A DNA stretch of 64,000 nt from Felis catus (lineage: Eukaryota): assembly GCF_018350175.1 (NCBI RefSeq), contig NC_058368.1, positions 12,896,001 through 12,960,000 of the forward strand, given 5' to 3'. Positions within the stretch are counted from its first letter, which is position 1; the number at the start of each line of letters is the position of its first letter. This document shows, in pieces, positions 24,593-37,298 of this stretch. The translations under genes and the position numbers were made by a program. The notes under the pieces were generated by a model. That model saw only the letters and a list, made by a program, of their open reading frames with translations, had not been told where the DNA came from and did not search any database.

Positions 24593-27500
24593 GGGATGAG
24601 GCAAGATGGCAAAGCACCATGGAAGTTCTGTTTGTCTTATCTCTGAAATGCAGCTGTATCAGCACCAAACTATTTTGCATACCTAGGAAATTGATCTGAG
24701 GATTAACACAACAATATGCATAACTTGAGTCACAGAACTCGGCAGGTACACTGTGTGGAGAAGTGAACTGGGGGAGAGAATAGCCACAGAGGATAGGGAG
24801 CTGTTTTTGTGGAGAGAGGAAAGAGGGGTGGAGAGTGCAGGAAAAGCACTCTCCTGAAAGTAGCTGGAGAGAGAGAAAGAGTGAAAACACTAACAAGTGA
24901 CTGAATAAGAAATCTGGTCCCTAAAACCAGTGACAGAAAGGAAGGAGAGGGTCTCAATACCATTAGGATTCTATAAATCCTCTGTGCTCTGTGCTCTGGA
25001 GAGGTAAAAGGGCAAATCTGCAGGAGCAGGCAGCGGGGTCTGACGGGTCCATGTGCCACACAGGGAGAAGCGGTTCCCCTTCTTGGAAAACATTTGGTAG
25101 AGGCCATATGGCCTCTCCACAGGCAGTGGTCCCAGCAGACCCCTGAGAGCAGCCACATTTGCTGCTATTGAGACAAAGACACCTGAGCGTGTTGAAACCA
25201 GGCACTGGCTCTGTGTTGGGATTTGCCATAATCTCTGAACTTCTACCACTGTGCGATTGCACAAACATTTTCTGGGGGTAATTCACCACCCAGCCATTGC
25301 TCAGCGAGCACCTCCCCCAGAGAGACAGCAGGGATCTAAGCTGCAGGGGTCTGTGAAGTGTGGGGTTTTGAAACACAACCCCATCTGAGATAAAACTCTG
25401 GAGTGAGATGCTGCCTGGTAGGCTGATGGGTTGGACATGGACAAGGTGGAGGTGGGGAGTGCATGGAAGCCCAAGACAAAGGAGAGGTGCTTGATTGTGG
25501 GTTGGTGAGAGCACAAAGTTCCTTTGTCAGACTAGAAAGCTGGGTGAAGCCATTTCCACCTCTCCCGCATACATGCATAACGGTGCGTGCAGATCACACT
25601 GATCCAGCTCAGTAAGCTAAGCAGCACCACCTAGTGGAGAACAGAGCCTTTTCACCAAGCCCTGCCCAGCTGTGCCCTCCAGGCACATCCCCTAAAAGTC
25701 CAACACAGGTCTGTCTACCTGCTTAGTGTATGGACTATAGAGTGCTTCATAGTTTCAGTTCTACAGGAAATAATGTAAGACTTGGAGAACTCAGTGACTT
25801 ATTAAAAAAGAGATAATGTCCAAATCTTAGTAGTCCTAGATGATGAAGAGAGAGAAAAAGGGGCAGAAGTTTAATGTGAGCAAATTATAGTAGAAAACTT
25901 TCCTAATCTGGGGAAAGACACATCCAAATCTAAGAAGCACAGAGAACTCCTATTAGATTGAACAAAAACCGACCATCACCAAGGCATTTCATAGTCAAAT
26001 TCACAAAATACGCAGACAAGGAAAGAATTATGAAAGCAGCAAGGGAAAAAAGAGTCCTTAACCTATAAAGGAAGACAGATCGGGTTCACAGCAGATTTAT
26101 CCACAGTAACTTGGCGGGCCAGAAAGGAGTGGCAGGATATATTCAGTGTGCTGAACTGGAAAAATATGCAGCCAAGAATTCTTTAACCAGCAAGGCTGTC
26201 ATTCAAATTAAAAGGAGAGACAGTGAGTTTCCCAGACAAACAGAAACCAAAGGAGTTCGTGGCCACTAAACCAGCCTTGCAAGAAATTTTAAGGAGGGAC
26301 TCTGAGTGGAGAAAAGATGAAACAAGACAAAAAAGACCAAAAGCAACAAAGACTAGAAAGGACCAGAGAACATCACTAGAAACACCCAACTCTACAGGCA
26401 ATACAACAGCGCTAAATTAATATCTTTCAGTACTCACTCTAAATGTCAGTGGACTAAATGCTCCAATGAGAAGACGTAGGGTATCAGAATGGATAAGAAA
26501 ACAAGACTCATCTATATGTTGCTTATAAGAGACCCATTTTAGACCTAAGACATCTACAGATTGAAAGTAAGGGGTTGGAGAACCGTCTATCATGCTATTT
26601 GTGGCTAAAAGAAGGCTGATGTAGCCATAGTTATATCAAGTAAACTAGGTTTTAAAATAAAGACAGTAACAAGAGGGCATTATTATTCAGAAGGGCATTA
26701 TATCATAATTAAGGGGTCTGTCCACCAAAGAGATCTAACAATTATAGATATTTATGCCCCCAACGTGGAAGCACCCAAATATATAAATCAATTAATCAAA
26801 ACATAAACTCATTGATGATAATAACCATTATAATAGGGGACTTCCATACCCTTCTTACAGCGATGGACATTTCATCTAAGCAGAAAATCAAAGAAACAAT
26901 GGCTTTGAATGAAACACTGGACTGGATGGACTTCACAGGTGTATTCGGATCATTTCATCCTAAAATAGCAGCATACACATTTTCTCTAGTGCCCATGGAA
27001 CATTCTCAGAATAGATCACATACTGGGTCACAAATCATCCCTCAACAAATACAAAAAGATCACGAGTATACCTTGCATAGTTTCAGACCACAATGCTATG
27101 AAACTTGAAATCAACCACAAGAAAAAATTTGGAAAGATCATGAATACTTAGAGATGAAAGAACACCCTATTAATGACTAAATGGGTTAACCAAGAAATTA
27201 AAGAGGAAATTAAAAAATACACGGACGCCAGTGAAAATGAAAACATGACAGCCTAAAACCTCTGGGATGCAGCCAAGGCAGTCATAAGGGGGAAGTATAT
27301 AGCAATTCAGGTCTTCCTAAAGAAGGAAGAAAGGTCTCAAGTACACAACCTAACCTTACACCTAAAACAGCTGGAAAAAGAACAGCAAATAAGTCCCAAA
27401 CCAGCAGAAGACAGGAAATAATCATTAGAGCTGAAGTCAGTGCTGTTGAAATAAAAAAAGCAGAACAGATCAATGAAAGCAGGAGCTGGTTCTTTGAAAT

Positions 27501-30264
27501 AATTAGGAAAATTGATAAATCCCTAGCTAGTTTGACCAAAAAGAAAAAGGAAAGGACCCAAATAAAAATCACGAATGAAAGAGGAAAAATCACAGCCCAC
27601 ATTGCAGAAATACAAATAATAATTAGAGAATATTATGAGTAATTATATGCCAATAGGGCAATCTGGAAGAAATGGACAAATCTGGAAGAAATTGAATCAG
27701 TAATCAAAAAATCTCCCAACAAACAAAAGTCCAGGGCTGGATGGCTTTCCAGGGTAATTCTACCAAACGTTTAAAGAAGTGTTAACACCTGCTCTTTTGA
27801 AGCTGTTCCAAAAAATAGAAATGGAAGGATAACTTACAAACTCATTCTATGAGGCCAGCATTACTTTGATTCCAAAACCAGACAAAGACCCCACTAAAAA
27901 GAACTATAGACCAATTTCCCTGATGAACATGGGTACAAAAATTCTCAACAAGATACTAGCAAACTGGATCCACTAATACATTAAAAGAATTCTTCATGAT
28001 CAAGTGGAATTTCTTTCAGGGATACAGGGCTGGTTCAATATCTGCAAATCAATGTGATACATCACATTAATAAAAGGATAAGAACCACATGATCCTCTCA
28101 AAGGCAGAGAAAGCATTTGACAAAATACAGCTTCCTTCCTTAATAAAAAGCCTCAAGAAAGTAGGGATAGAAGGATCATATGTCAAGATTCTAAAAGCCA
28201 TGTACAAAAAGACCCACTGCTAATATTCTCTATGGGGAAAAACTGAGAGTGTACCCTCTAAGGTCAGGAATGTGACAAGGATGTCCACTGTCACCACTCT
28301 TATTCAGAGTAGTGTTGGAAGTCCTAGCCTCAGCAATTAGACAATACAAAGAAATAAAAGGCACCCAAAATGGCAAGGAGGAAGTCAGACTTGTCACTTT
28401 TCACAGATGACATGATAATCTATTTGGAAAACCCAAAAGACTCCACCAAAAAGCTGCTAGAACTGAAACATGAATTCAGCAAAGTCTCAGGATATAAAGT
28501 CAACGTACAGGAATCAGTTTCATTTCTATACACCAGTAATGAAGCTGCAGAAAGAGAAATTAAGGAAGCGATCCCATTTACAATTGCACCAAAAACCCTA
28601 AAATATTCAAGAATAAACCTAACCAAAGAGGTGAAAAACCTATACACTGAAAACTATAGAAAGCTTATGAAAGAAATTGAAGAAGACACAAAAAAATGGA
28701 AAAACATTCCACGCTCATGGATCAGAAGAGCAAATATTGTTAAAATGTTGACACTACCCAAAGCAGTCTACATATTCAATGCATCCCTATCAGAATAACA
28801 CCAGCATTCTTCACGGAGCTAGAACAGTCGTAAAATTTGTATGGATCCGGAAAAGACCCCAAATAGTGAAAGCAATTCTGAAAAAGAAAGCCAAAGCTGG
28901 AGGCATCACAATTCTGGACTTTAAGCTGTATTACAGAGCTGTAATCATCAAGACAGTATGTACTGGCACAAAACAGACACATAAATCAATGGAACAGAAT
29001 AGAGAACCCAGAAATGGACACACAAATGTATGGCCAACTGGTCTTTTTGACAAAGCAGGAAAGAACATCCAGTGGAAAAAAAACCATCTCTTCAGCAAAT
29101 GGTGTTGGGAAAACTGGACAGCAACATGCAGAAGAATGAACCTGGACCTCTTTCTTACACCATACGCAAAAATAAACTCAAAATGGATTAAATACCTAAA
29201 CATAAGACAGGAAGCCCTCAAAATCCTAGGGGAAAAAGCTGGCAACAACCTCTTTGACCTCGGCTGCAGCAACTTCTTACTTGACATGTCTCTGGAGGCA
29301 AGGGAAGCAAAAGCAAAAATGAACTATTGAACTTTATCTCATTAAGATAAAAAGCTTCTGCACAGTGAAGGAAACAATTAGCAAAACTAAAAGACAACTG
29401 ACGGAATGGGAGAAGATATTTCAAATGATATATCAGATAAAGGGTTAGTATCCAAAATCTGTAAAGAACTTCTCAAAATCAACACCCACCAAATAATCCA
29501 GTGAAGAAATGAGCAAAAGACATGAATAGACACTTTTTCACAGAAGACATCCAGATGGCTAACAGACCCATAACATGAAAAAATGCACAACCTCACTCAT
29601 CATCAGGGAAATACAAATCAAAACCACATAATGAGATACCACCTCATACCTGTCAGAATGTCTAAAATTAACAACTCAGGCAACAACAGAAGTTGTCAAA
29701 GATGCGGAGAAAGAGGAATCCTTTTGCTCTGCTGGTGGGAATGCAAACTGGTGCAGTTACTCTGAAGGAACAGTATGGAGGTTCCTCAAAAAATTAAAAA
29801 TAGAACTACCCTATGACCCAGCAATTGTACTACTAGGTCTTTCTCCAAAGGACATAGGACCGCTGTCTCGAAGGATACAGGGGTGCTGTGCTGGTGGTAA
29901 GTTTATAGCAGTGCTGGTGGTAATAGCCAAAGTATGGAAAAAGCCCATATGTCTATTGACTGATGAATGGATAAAGAAGTGTGGTATATATCTATAATGT
30001 AATATTACTTGGGATCAAAAAGAATGACATCTTGCCATTTGCAACAATGTGGATGGAACTAGAGTGTATTATGCTAAGCTTAATATATGACTTCACTCAT
30101 ATGTGGACGATACAAAACAGGTAAACATAACAGAAAGGAAGCAAAAATAACAAAAAGAGCAAGGGAGACAAACCAGAGACTCATATACAGAGAACAGAGT
30201 TGTTGGGGTATTGGGTGGGGGGGATGGGCTAAATGGGCAAGAGGCATTAAGGAAGACACTTGCT
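24593..30264 (+). mobile_element. Near full-length, inactivated carnivore/felid LINE-1 in RFC3 intron 7 (5' UTR, partial ORF1, disrupted ORF2, truncated 3' UTR)
   Basis: Starts ggg...CAAGATGGC (YY1-type site at 24602). ORF1 C-terminal remnant (SFPDKQKPKEFVATKPALQEIL). ORF2 remnants ([27 protein letters not shown]) with many stops. TSD aagaaa(a)tctttgatgag at 24576-24592 / 30292-30309; 5' copy at a TTTT/AA site. Confidence 0.95.
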
Positions 30265-31148
30265 TTGAATGGAAGTGTTCTAGTATTGCAAAAGAAAATC
30301 TTTGATGAGTCACTTCTCTGATCTAAATATGGAACATCTGTGATATTTACTAATATCTTCCTAAATCTTACTAATATTTTACTAAAAGCTTTAAAATATG
30401 TTTTCCCTTTAGGGTACTAAGTATATATATGGAGAAAGGTAGTTGTTTTGTGTGTACTTACAATTTTACTTGTCATTTTCTTCTTGCCATTTTAAAATGC
30501 CATATGTATTCTTTCTTTCCTGGAACTATTATGAGAAGGGCCGAAAATTAAGAGCTCAGAGGTTGGAGTATTCATATTCACTTGGACAATCTGAATTTGT
30601 GCTTGCCTATGACCTATTGTACTGCCTTTCTGTGACAGGACCGCTTTGTTTCCTTGCCATACTGTTTTTTTACTTTGCAGTTGAGGTAGTATGTAATGAT
30701 ATATAGAATCATGCTTGTATGCTCTTTTCTTGTATAATTAACTAGTGATTGTCTTACCTTTTCATGACCATTTTCTAGATGTCCAAGGTATCTATCTGGA
30801 GGAAAAATAAACATATTCACATGATATGTCATGAAAGTAGGTTGAAATGCAGTGTGAATAATGTCAACCCTCACTCTTCCTGAAGTCTTAATTTTTATCT
30901 GGCACTTTCATGGTATTTTGATGTAATTAATAACTGAATATAAATGTCTGACTTTAAATGAGTTCTGAACATTTTCTTTTAGAAACATGAACTGAAATTA
31001 GGAAAAGCTTAAATGTGTATCTTAAGTATGATAAGCCATTTAACAAAATGTATGGGAATTAATTCATAAACTAAAACAGCACAGTATGTTCTTGAAAAAA
31101 TTGTGTCTTATTTTCATTACAAAGTATTAATTATCTTGTTTTATATAG

Positions 31149-31218
31149 GCTCCTTGAAGTCCGTGGAAGACTTTATGAGCTTCTAACTCATTGTATTCCT
31201 CCTGAAATTATAATGAAG
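31149..31218 (+). CDS. RFC3: RFC3 exon 8 (RLLEVRGRLYELLTHCIPPEIIMK)
   Basis: Acceptor ttatatAG, donor GTAATC; phase 2 to 0. Confidence 0.96.
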
Positions 31219-31600
31219 GTAATCCGATTTCAGTTCCTGAACCATTTATAACCATGAAATTTGGACTTTTGCAGTACTGAGACACATTGTCATTTCTTTC
31301 TCTCCAGCTCATTAATTCAACAGGTATTTATTGAACCTTTCCTGTGTGTGCCAGATACCATTAGGGGAGTGTTGAGGAAGACCTGGGAGGCCCTGCCTTC
31401 AGAAAATATACATTTTAGTGGGGTGAAATGGGAAACAAGAAGCAAAAGGATTTCAGAATGTTATAAGTGCTACAAAGGAAGTAAGAAGGTGAAATGGTAA
31501 TAATGGAAGGTGGGCTGTGGCTTCTGTGAGGAAGGCATGTTTAAACTGAAACTTGGAAGATTAAAAGAGAGGCAGCGTGTAAATAGTTGGGGAACAAGTA

Positions 31601-31925
31601 CTGTTAACCTTTGAACCTTGAAGCTTTGAACGATGTGGTAGTTAAGACCCTGACCTCCTGCATAGTTGAAAATCTGTGTATTACTTTTAACTATCCCAAA
31701 AGTTGACTCCTAATAGTCTACTGCTGTCCAGAGGCCTTACTGATAACACACTGGATTAACACATTATGTAGATGTGTTATATACTGTATTTTTGCAATAA
31801 ACTAAGCTAGAGAAAAAACATTAAAATCATAAGGAAAATACATTTATGCTACTGGACTTACTGAAAAAAATGTGCTTACAAGTGGACCCTCACAGTTCAA
31901 ACCCACGTTGTTTAAGGGTCAGCTG
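31601..31925. mobile_element. Tigger2a-like (carnivore) Tc1/mariner-type MITE, inserted in an L2 relic (~31310-32060)
   Basis: TA flanks; TIRs ctgttaacctttgaac / gttgtttaagggtcagctg; internal aagtggaccctcacagttcaaaccc. Confidence 0.85.
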
Positions 31926-32749
31926 TATTTCAGACAGTGAGGTTTAGTGCACATAGGGAATGACATTAAAGAAGTAGGCGGAATCTAGACTTTGTAAGAT
32001 TTTGTAAGGCACAGCTTTAGGTTTGGTCTGGTAGGTCTAAGCCATGTGTGTTGACTGATTTTAGATGTTAGGGAATGCAGGGGGTTCTGTTTGTATTTAT
32101 TAAAGTTATATGGCAACACTCACAAGAAAAAATTCTAATTATGCCAAATATAAAAGAGAGTGAGTTCTACCCATCCATTTCTACAAGGGTGAGCACTTCC
32201 AACAGACCTGTATTCTAGTCATGTAGAAATATGCCCATATGTATGGCTGTGTGTATATAGTTTCACAAAGCTTCACAATGTTCTGCATTGTGGTTTGTTT
32301 TTTTTTAAATAATGTAGCATGGATGATATTTCATGACAGTATGGATTTCTTTTATCCTTTCTAGTGATGAATGGAATTTCATTATGGGACTATATCATAG
32401 TTTTTTGAATATGGTGCTGTTGGTGGAACTTTAGGTTGGCTACACGTTGTTATTGTAACTAATAACATTGCAGTGAGCATCTTTTTACTTCTCTCTTTGC
32501 ACCCTCATACATTAAGTATTTGGCATTTGGAATATGATTGATAGCTACCACATTTTACATTATGGAAAAGGTATGCAATTTTTTTGTTTTTGGATGAAAA
32601 CTACCATATAAAAGAACATACAAAAGAGATTTCACAAGTAAAAAGAACATATGAGGTTTTGCTTCTTTTTTGAATGAGAAATAAAACTTGTTTCAGCTTA
32701 TTATTTTTTTAATGATTACTTTTTAAATTACTGGTTATCTTTTTTTCAG

Positions 32750-32941
32750 GGCCTTCTCTCAGAACTTTTACATAATTGTGATGGACAGCTGAAAGGGGAA
32801 GTGGCCCAGATGGCAGCTTACTATGAACATCGTCTACAGCTGGGTAGCAAAGCCATTTATCACTTGGAAGCATTTGTAGCCAAATTTATGGCACTTTATA
32901 AGAAGTTCATGGAGGATGGATTGGAAGGCATGATGTTTTGA
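32750..32941 (+). CDS. RFC3: RFC3 exon 9 coding part (GLLSELLHNCDGQLKGEVAQ...FMEDGLEGMMF*)
   Basis: Acceptor ttttttcAG; open frame to TGA at 32939-32941. Confidence 0.97.
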   Translation, partial: GLLSELLHNCDGQLKGEVAQMAAYYEHRLQLGSKAIYHLEAFVAKFMALYKKFMEDGLEGMMF

Positions 32942-33026
32942 CATCTTGACAGCTATCCTTAATTCTTCCTAATATATCTCAGTATCATCATTTACATCCA
33001 TTTTATATTGGAAGAGCTGCAGGTAA

Positions 33027-33084
33027 AATAAACTAACTTCACTTAACCATGCCTTATTTGTGGTGTTTTGTGTTTTTTTTTTTT
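33027..33084 (+). terminator. Proximal RFC3 polyadenylation signal with downstream GU/U-rich element
   Basis: AATAAA at 33027-33032, 86 nt after the stop, followed by ttatttgtggtgttttgtgttttttttttt. Confidence 0.65.
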
Positions 33085-33462
33085 GGTAGCAATTTTTCTG
33101 TGAACTATTGATTATTATACTTAAATAATTGCTCTTTTATACTGTTGAAGTTACTGAAAGGACACAACTTAGGAACTTCAGAGTCCAGAAACATGATTTT
33201 AGAGTTTAATATACTTTCAAAATTTGCTATTCAACTATGCAGTGTTGGTCTTCCCATTTTCCATCCTTTCTCTCATCTGTTGGAGGAAATTTACTACATA
33301 CAAAAGCAGAGATTGTTTTCTATCCTCTAAATGACCATTTTTGGCCACAGGCACATAACTCTGCTTGGCAAGTCATTACCTTTAATCATATTTTCTCTCA
33401 GTCAAGAATTGTGGGTTTTTTTTTTTTTTTTTTTTTTCAGGAAATATAAGGATTAATTTTGA

Positions 33463-33838
33463 AATAAAATAGCCTGAGTGTGAAGAACATTGTTGGTACC
33501 ATTCCTGTTGAGACTATAGAAATCCAATTTTATTTCAGTAATTCACATATTAGGTGGGCTAAAAAAGAAATAAGAATGTTTTCATTGAATACTTGAGATT
33601 GTTGAAGAACATGCATCATGTGTTTCACAGCAAAGGTATATTAGTATAGAAATTACTCTTTGAACAAGTGTATTTTTCTGTCATTGATCCTATCCTTTGG
33701 AACATTTTTTCATTAGATATTTGGTTCATGGAACAAAGAGTTTGCTTGACAGATTTGTAGGACAGGCTCTGAATAGTTTCTTTAATTTTGGGCAACAGAA
33801 GCATGACTCAAAAGCTAAACCAACAAGGGTGAAATAAA
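33463..33838 (+). terminator. Candidate distal poly(A) signals (AATAAA at 33463 and 33833)
   Basis: Hexamers only; use not shown. Confidence 0.35.
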
Positions 33839-34233
33839 AGATTTTAAGTTCCAATAAGTTAAATTACCTCTGTGAGGATAACAGGGAGACTTCTTGTGGT
33901 AGTGATCAGTCAGGAAGTATTTAATTGATGGACACAGCTACACACATATAAAAACGCGTAGCAGTTTTAGGCTTATGGGAAGCTGTTAAGGTCAGGAAAG
34001 ATGACCTTCTTGTGTTTGTTTGTTTTGGGGCTACTAGTTAGGCCCCAGTTAGCAGTCCCAGTCCTTGGGGCACTTACATGCTAGGAAGGATATTGACTAT
34101 AACTAAAGAACTGGGAAAGTGAGGTTTGGCAGAGTTAGGACTTTTAATTTGAAAAACAAAAAGTGAAAATATTGTGACTATCTTTTGATGTTTAGGAAGT
34201 CTGAGTGGTCTTATAATTTTTATTCCTCTGGAG

Positions 34234-34395
34234 CAGTGCTTCTCAAAGTAGAATCTCTGGACAGCACCAGCATCACCTGGGAACTGAGAAACATAGACTC
34301 TCAACTTTGATTCCACATCTACTGAATCAGCAACTATGGGAATCGGATCAGCTATTCAGGGAATTCTGGTGTACCCTTAAGTTTGAGAACCACTG
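34234..34395. mobile_element. MER5A hAT-Charlie MITE
   Basis: TIRs cagtgcttctcaaa / tttgagaaccactg; 8-bp TSD ctct(g/a)gag. Confidence 0.85.
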
Positions 34396-36213
34396 CTCTA
34401 GAGAATGTGTACTTAGGATCAGTGTGCATAGATTAAAGGGAGACATTTTAGTTGAAAGTGAAGAAGAACTTTCTAACAGCAGCTGTCTTGTAATTGTATG
34501 GCAAGCTTGAGAGTTTCTTATAAACAGGAAATGTTTGGAGAATTGTCGGAGAATGCAATGCTTACATATGCTAGACGTTGCACTAGGGACTTTCTATGTA
34601 TTATTAGACCCTTACATCTCTAGGAGAGAGGTATTATCTTCTATAAAAATAAAGAGGCTGAAGTTTAGAGGAATGAGGTGTAATTTATACTAAAACATAC
34701 CCACTTTGTCTGTATTTGATTTTTGACAAATGTATTCAGAGTAGCACCATCCCAATCAGGATACAGATTTTATCAACTTCAGTTTCTTCCACATCCCTTT
34801 GCTGTCACTCTACCCCTACCCTGGCCCAAGTGACCACCGATCTGCTTGCTGTGGTTATAGATTAGTTTTGCCTGTTCAAGAATTTAAAGTCAAATACTGT
34901 ATGGTCTTTTTCTCAGGCTTCATTGTCTCAATTATAATTGAGATTCCTTTATGTTGTTGAAACACGTATGTTTCACTAATTTCAATTTTTATTGATCAGA
35001 ATATGTTTGTGTATGTTTTAAGCCTATTAATTGATGGACCTTTGGGTGTCCAGGTTTTGGTTAGTATAAATTAACTTGCTCTGAATATTTCTGTATAAGT
35101 CTTTTTGTGGACATACTGTTTGCATTTCTCTTCAGTAAATTTATAGGAATACAATGACTGGACGTAAGATAGGTGTAAGTTTAACTTTTAAGTAGTTGCC
35201 AAACAAGCTTCCCAATGAGGTTGTACCATTTTGCATTCCTGTCAACAAAAAGAGAGTTCTAGTTGTTCAATAAAATTGGTTGGTTGCATTGATTTTCTGT
35301 ATTGTCTGTTTCATATTTTATTGATTACCTTTTTTATCTTTATTAATCCATTCTTCTACTTTTGACTTAGTTGGCTCTTATTTTTCCAGAGTCTAAGCAT
35401 GAAAATTTAGATCATTGATTTTAGACCATTTTTTTCTAATAATCATTTAAAATTACAAATTTCACCCTGCATACTGATCTAGCTTCCTCTACAGACTTTG
35501 ATATTGTGTGTTTTCACTTCCGTTAGTTCAAACTATTTTTTCGTTTTTCTTAACGATTTTTTCTTTGAATTATTACTTGGAAATGTGTTAATTTCCAAAT
35601 ACTTAAGATTTTCCAGATATATTTTTAAGTCTTCTTTATTGTTAATTTTCTTTCACTTACTGAAAGGAATATTGAAATCTCCAGCCATAATTATGGATTT
35701 ATCGCATTCAATTCTTTTGAGTTTTACTTCATGCATTTTCAATCTCATTATTAGGTGCAAACATATTTAGGATTATTATGTCTTGCTAGTGATTTGACAC
35801 CTTTGTCATTACTTCAGATAATATTTGTTTCAGATAATATTTCTTGCTCTGAATCTACTTTAATATTGATAGCTTCTCCAGCTTTCTTTTGATGAGAGTT
35901 TGCATGGTAGGCATATTTCTTGTTCTGCTAGCAATGAATTCTCAGTTTTATCTGGAATGTATCTGTTTTGTCTTCATCTATAGAATTCTTGGTTGATTTT
36001 ACTTTTTTTTCCCCCCAGCATTTTAAATATTTTATTCTACTACCTTCTGTTATTTCTTCTTGATGTTTTCAATATTTTCATTTTTTCTTTGGCTTTTTAG
36101 CAGTGTGACCAAGATGTGTCTAGTTTTAATTCTCTTTGTGTTTATCTTGGGTTTTATTTAGTTTCTTGGATTAGATTATTATGAGTAGTATTATTGTAGT
36201 ATCAGTTTGGGGA

Positions 36214-36408
36214 TTTTTTTTTTAACATTTATTTTTGAGAGAGAGACAGAGCACAAGTGGGGAAGAGGTAGAGAGAGAGGGAGACACAGCATTTGAAGCA
36301 GGCTCCAGGCTCTGAGCTATCAGCACAGAGCCTGATGCAGGGCTCAAACTCATGGACCATGAGATCATGACTTGAGCCAACTCAACAAACGAGGCACCCA
36401 GGTGCCCC
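36214..36408 (-). mobile_element. CanSINE
   Basis: Reverse body, flanking gtttggg. Confidence 0.9.
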
Positions 36409-36557
36409 TGGTTTGGGAAATTTCTAACCATTATTTATTCATATCTTTTCTGTGATCCTTTTTCTCATCTTTTTTGAGAGTCCCATTATTTATATGCTGG
36501 AATGCTTGATGTCCCCCCCCCCCCCGCCATGCTGATGCTTTGTTCATTTTTTTAGTC

Positions 36558-36774
36558 TTTTTTTTTTTTTTTTTTTTTAACGTTTATTTATTTTTGACAG
36601 AGAGACAGAGCATGAGCAGGGGAGGGGCAGAAAGAGAGGGAGACAGAATCTGAAGCAAGCTCCAGACTCTGAGCTGTCAGCACAGAGCCTGATGCAGGGT
36701 TCGAACTCACAGACCATGAGACCATGATTGAGCTGAAGTCGGACGCTGAACCGACTGAGCCACCCAGGCGCCCC
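36558..36774 (-). mobile_element. CanSINE
   Basis: Long T tail; TSD tttagtcttttt. Confidence 0.92.
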
Positions 36775-37291
36775 TTTAGTCTTTTTCCTTTATGTTCTTT
36801 GGACTGGATAATTTCATTGATCTTGAAGTTCATTGATTCCTTCTTACGCCATTTCATAGTTGATAGCTAATTTATTTTTTGTTTTAATGTTTGTGCAATC
36901 TGATATTTAATTTTTCATTTTAATGTTTGTGCATATTAACTCTAGAGTTTCCATTTTGCTCTTTTATGTAGGTTCAGTTTTTCTATTGCAATTCCCTATT
37001 TGTTGTCTCATTGTTATCTTTTTCCTTTAATTCTTTGAATATATTTATAATTGCTTTGAAGTCTTTGCTAAATCCAACATCTGGTTCTACTCAGTATCAG
37101 TATATTTCTTTCCTTCCCATAACCCCATGTCTGGTAATTTGTGGCTGAAAACTTAATTTTAGATAATATATTTTAGCCATCTTTATGTGTTTTTTTTTTT
37201 TTTTCTGATTTTTTTTGTTTCATAGCTTACCTAGACTTAAACTGTGTAATTTATCTTCCTTTCACTGTGCAGTGTCTGATGTTTCTGCTCA

Positions 37292-37298
37292 GTTGTTG

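Larger units (their letters stand above)
7869..32941 (+). other. RFC3: RFC3 gene, ATG to stop; join(7869..7955,10769..10906,14042..14109,16366..16463,19700..19881,20900..21036,21122..21220,31149..31218,32750..32941)
   Basis: Manual splicing: 87+138+68+98+182+137+99+70+192=1071 nt, one open frame, 356 aa from MSLWVDKYRP to GLEGMMF*. All introns GT-AG. Clamp-loader motifs present: WVDKYRP box, P-loop GPSGAGKKT, SRC arginine finger. Confidence 0.98.

Noticed and set aside
24531..25578. Overlapping 80-183 aa antisense ORFs, possible ORF0-like gene
   Set aside because: Lie in the GC-richer L1 5' UTR where stops are rarer; no recognisable protein similarity or other support
28370..29330. 142-aa and 183-aa ORFs with reverse-transcriptase similarity
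   Set aside because: Fragments of the disrupted L1 ORF2 (FADD changed to FTDD, many stops and frameshifts); not an active or novel RT system
7956..32749. Minor (U12-type) or non-canonical introns in RFC3
   Set aside because: All eight donors are ordinary GT(A/G) types with AG acceptors; none has RTATCCTT
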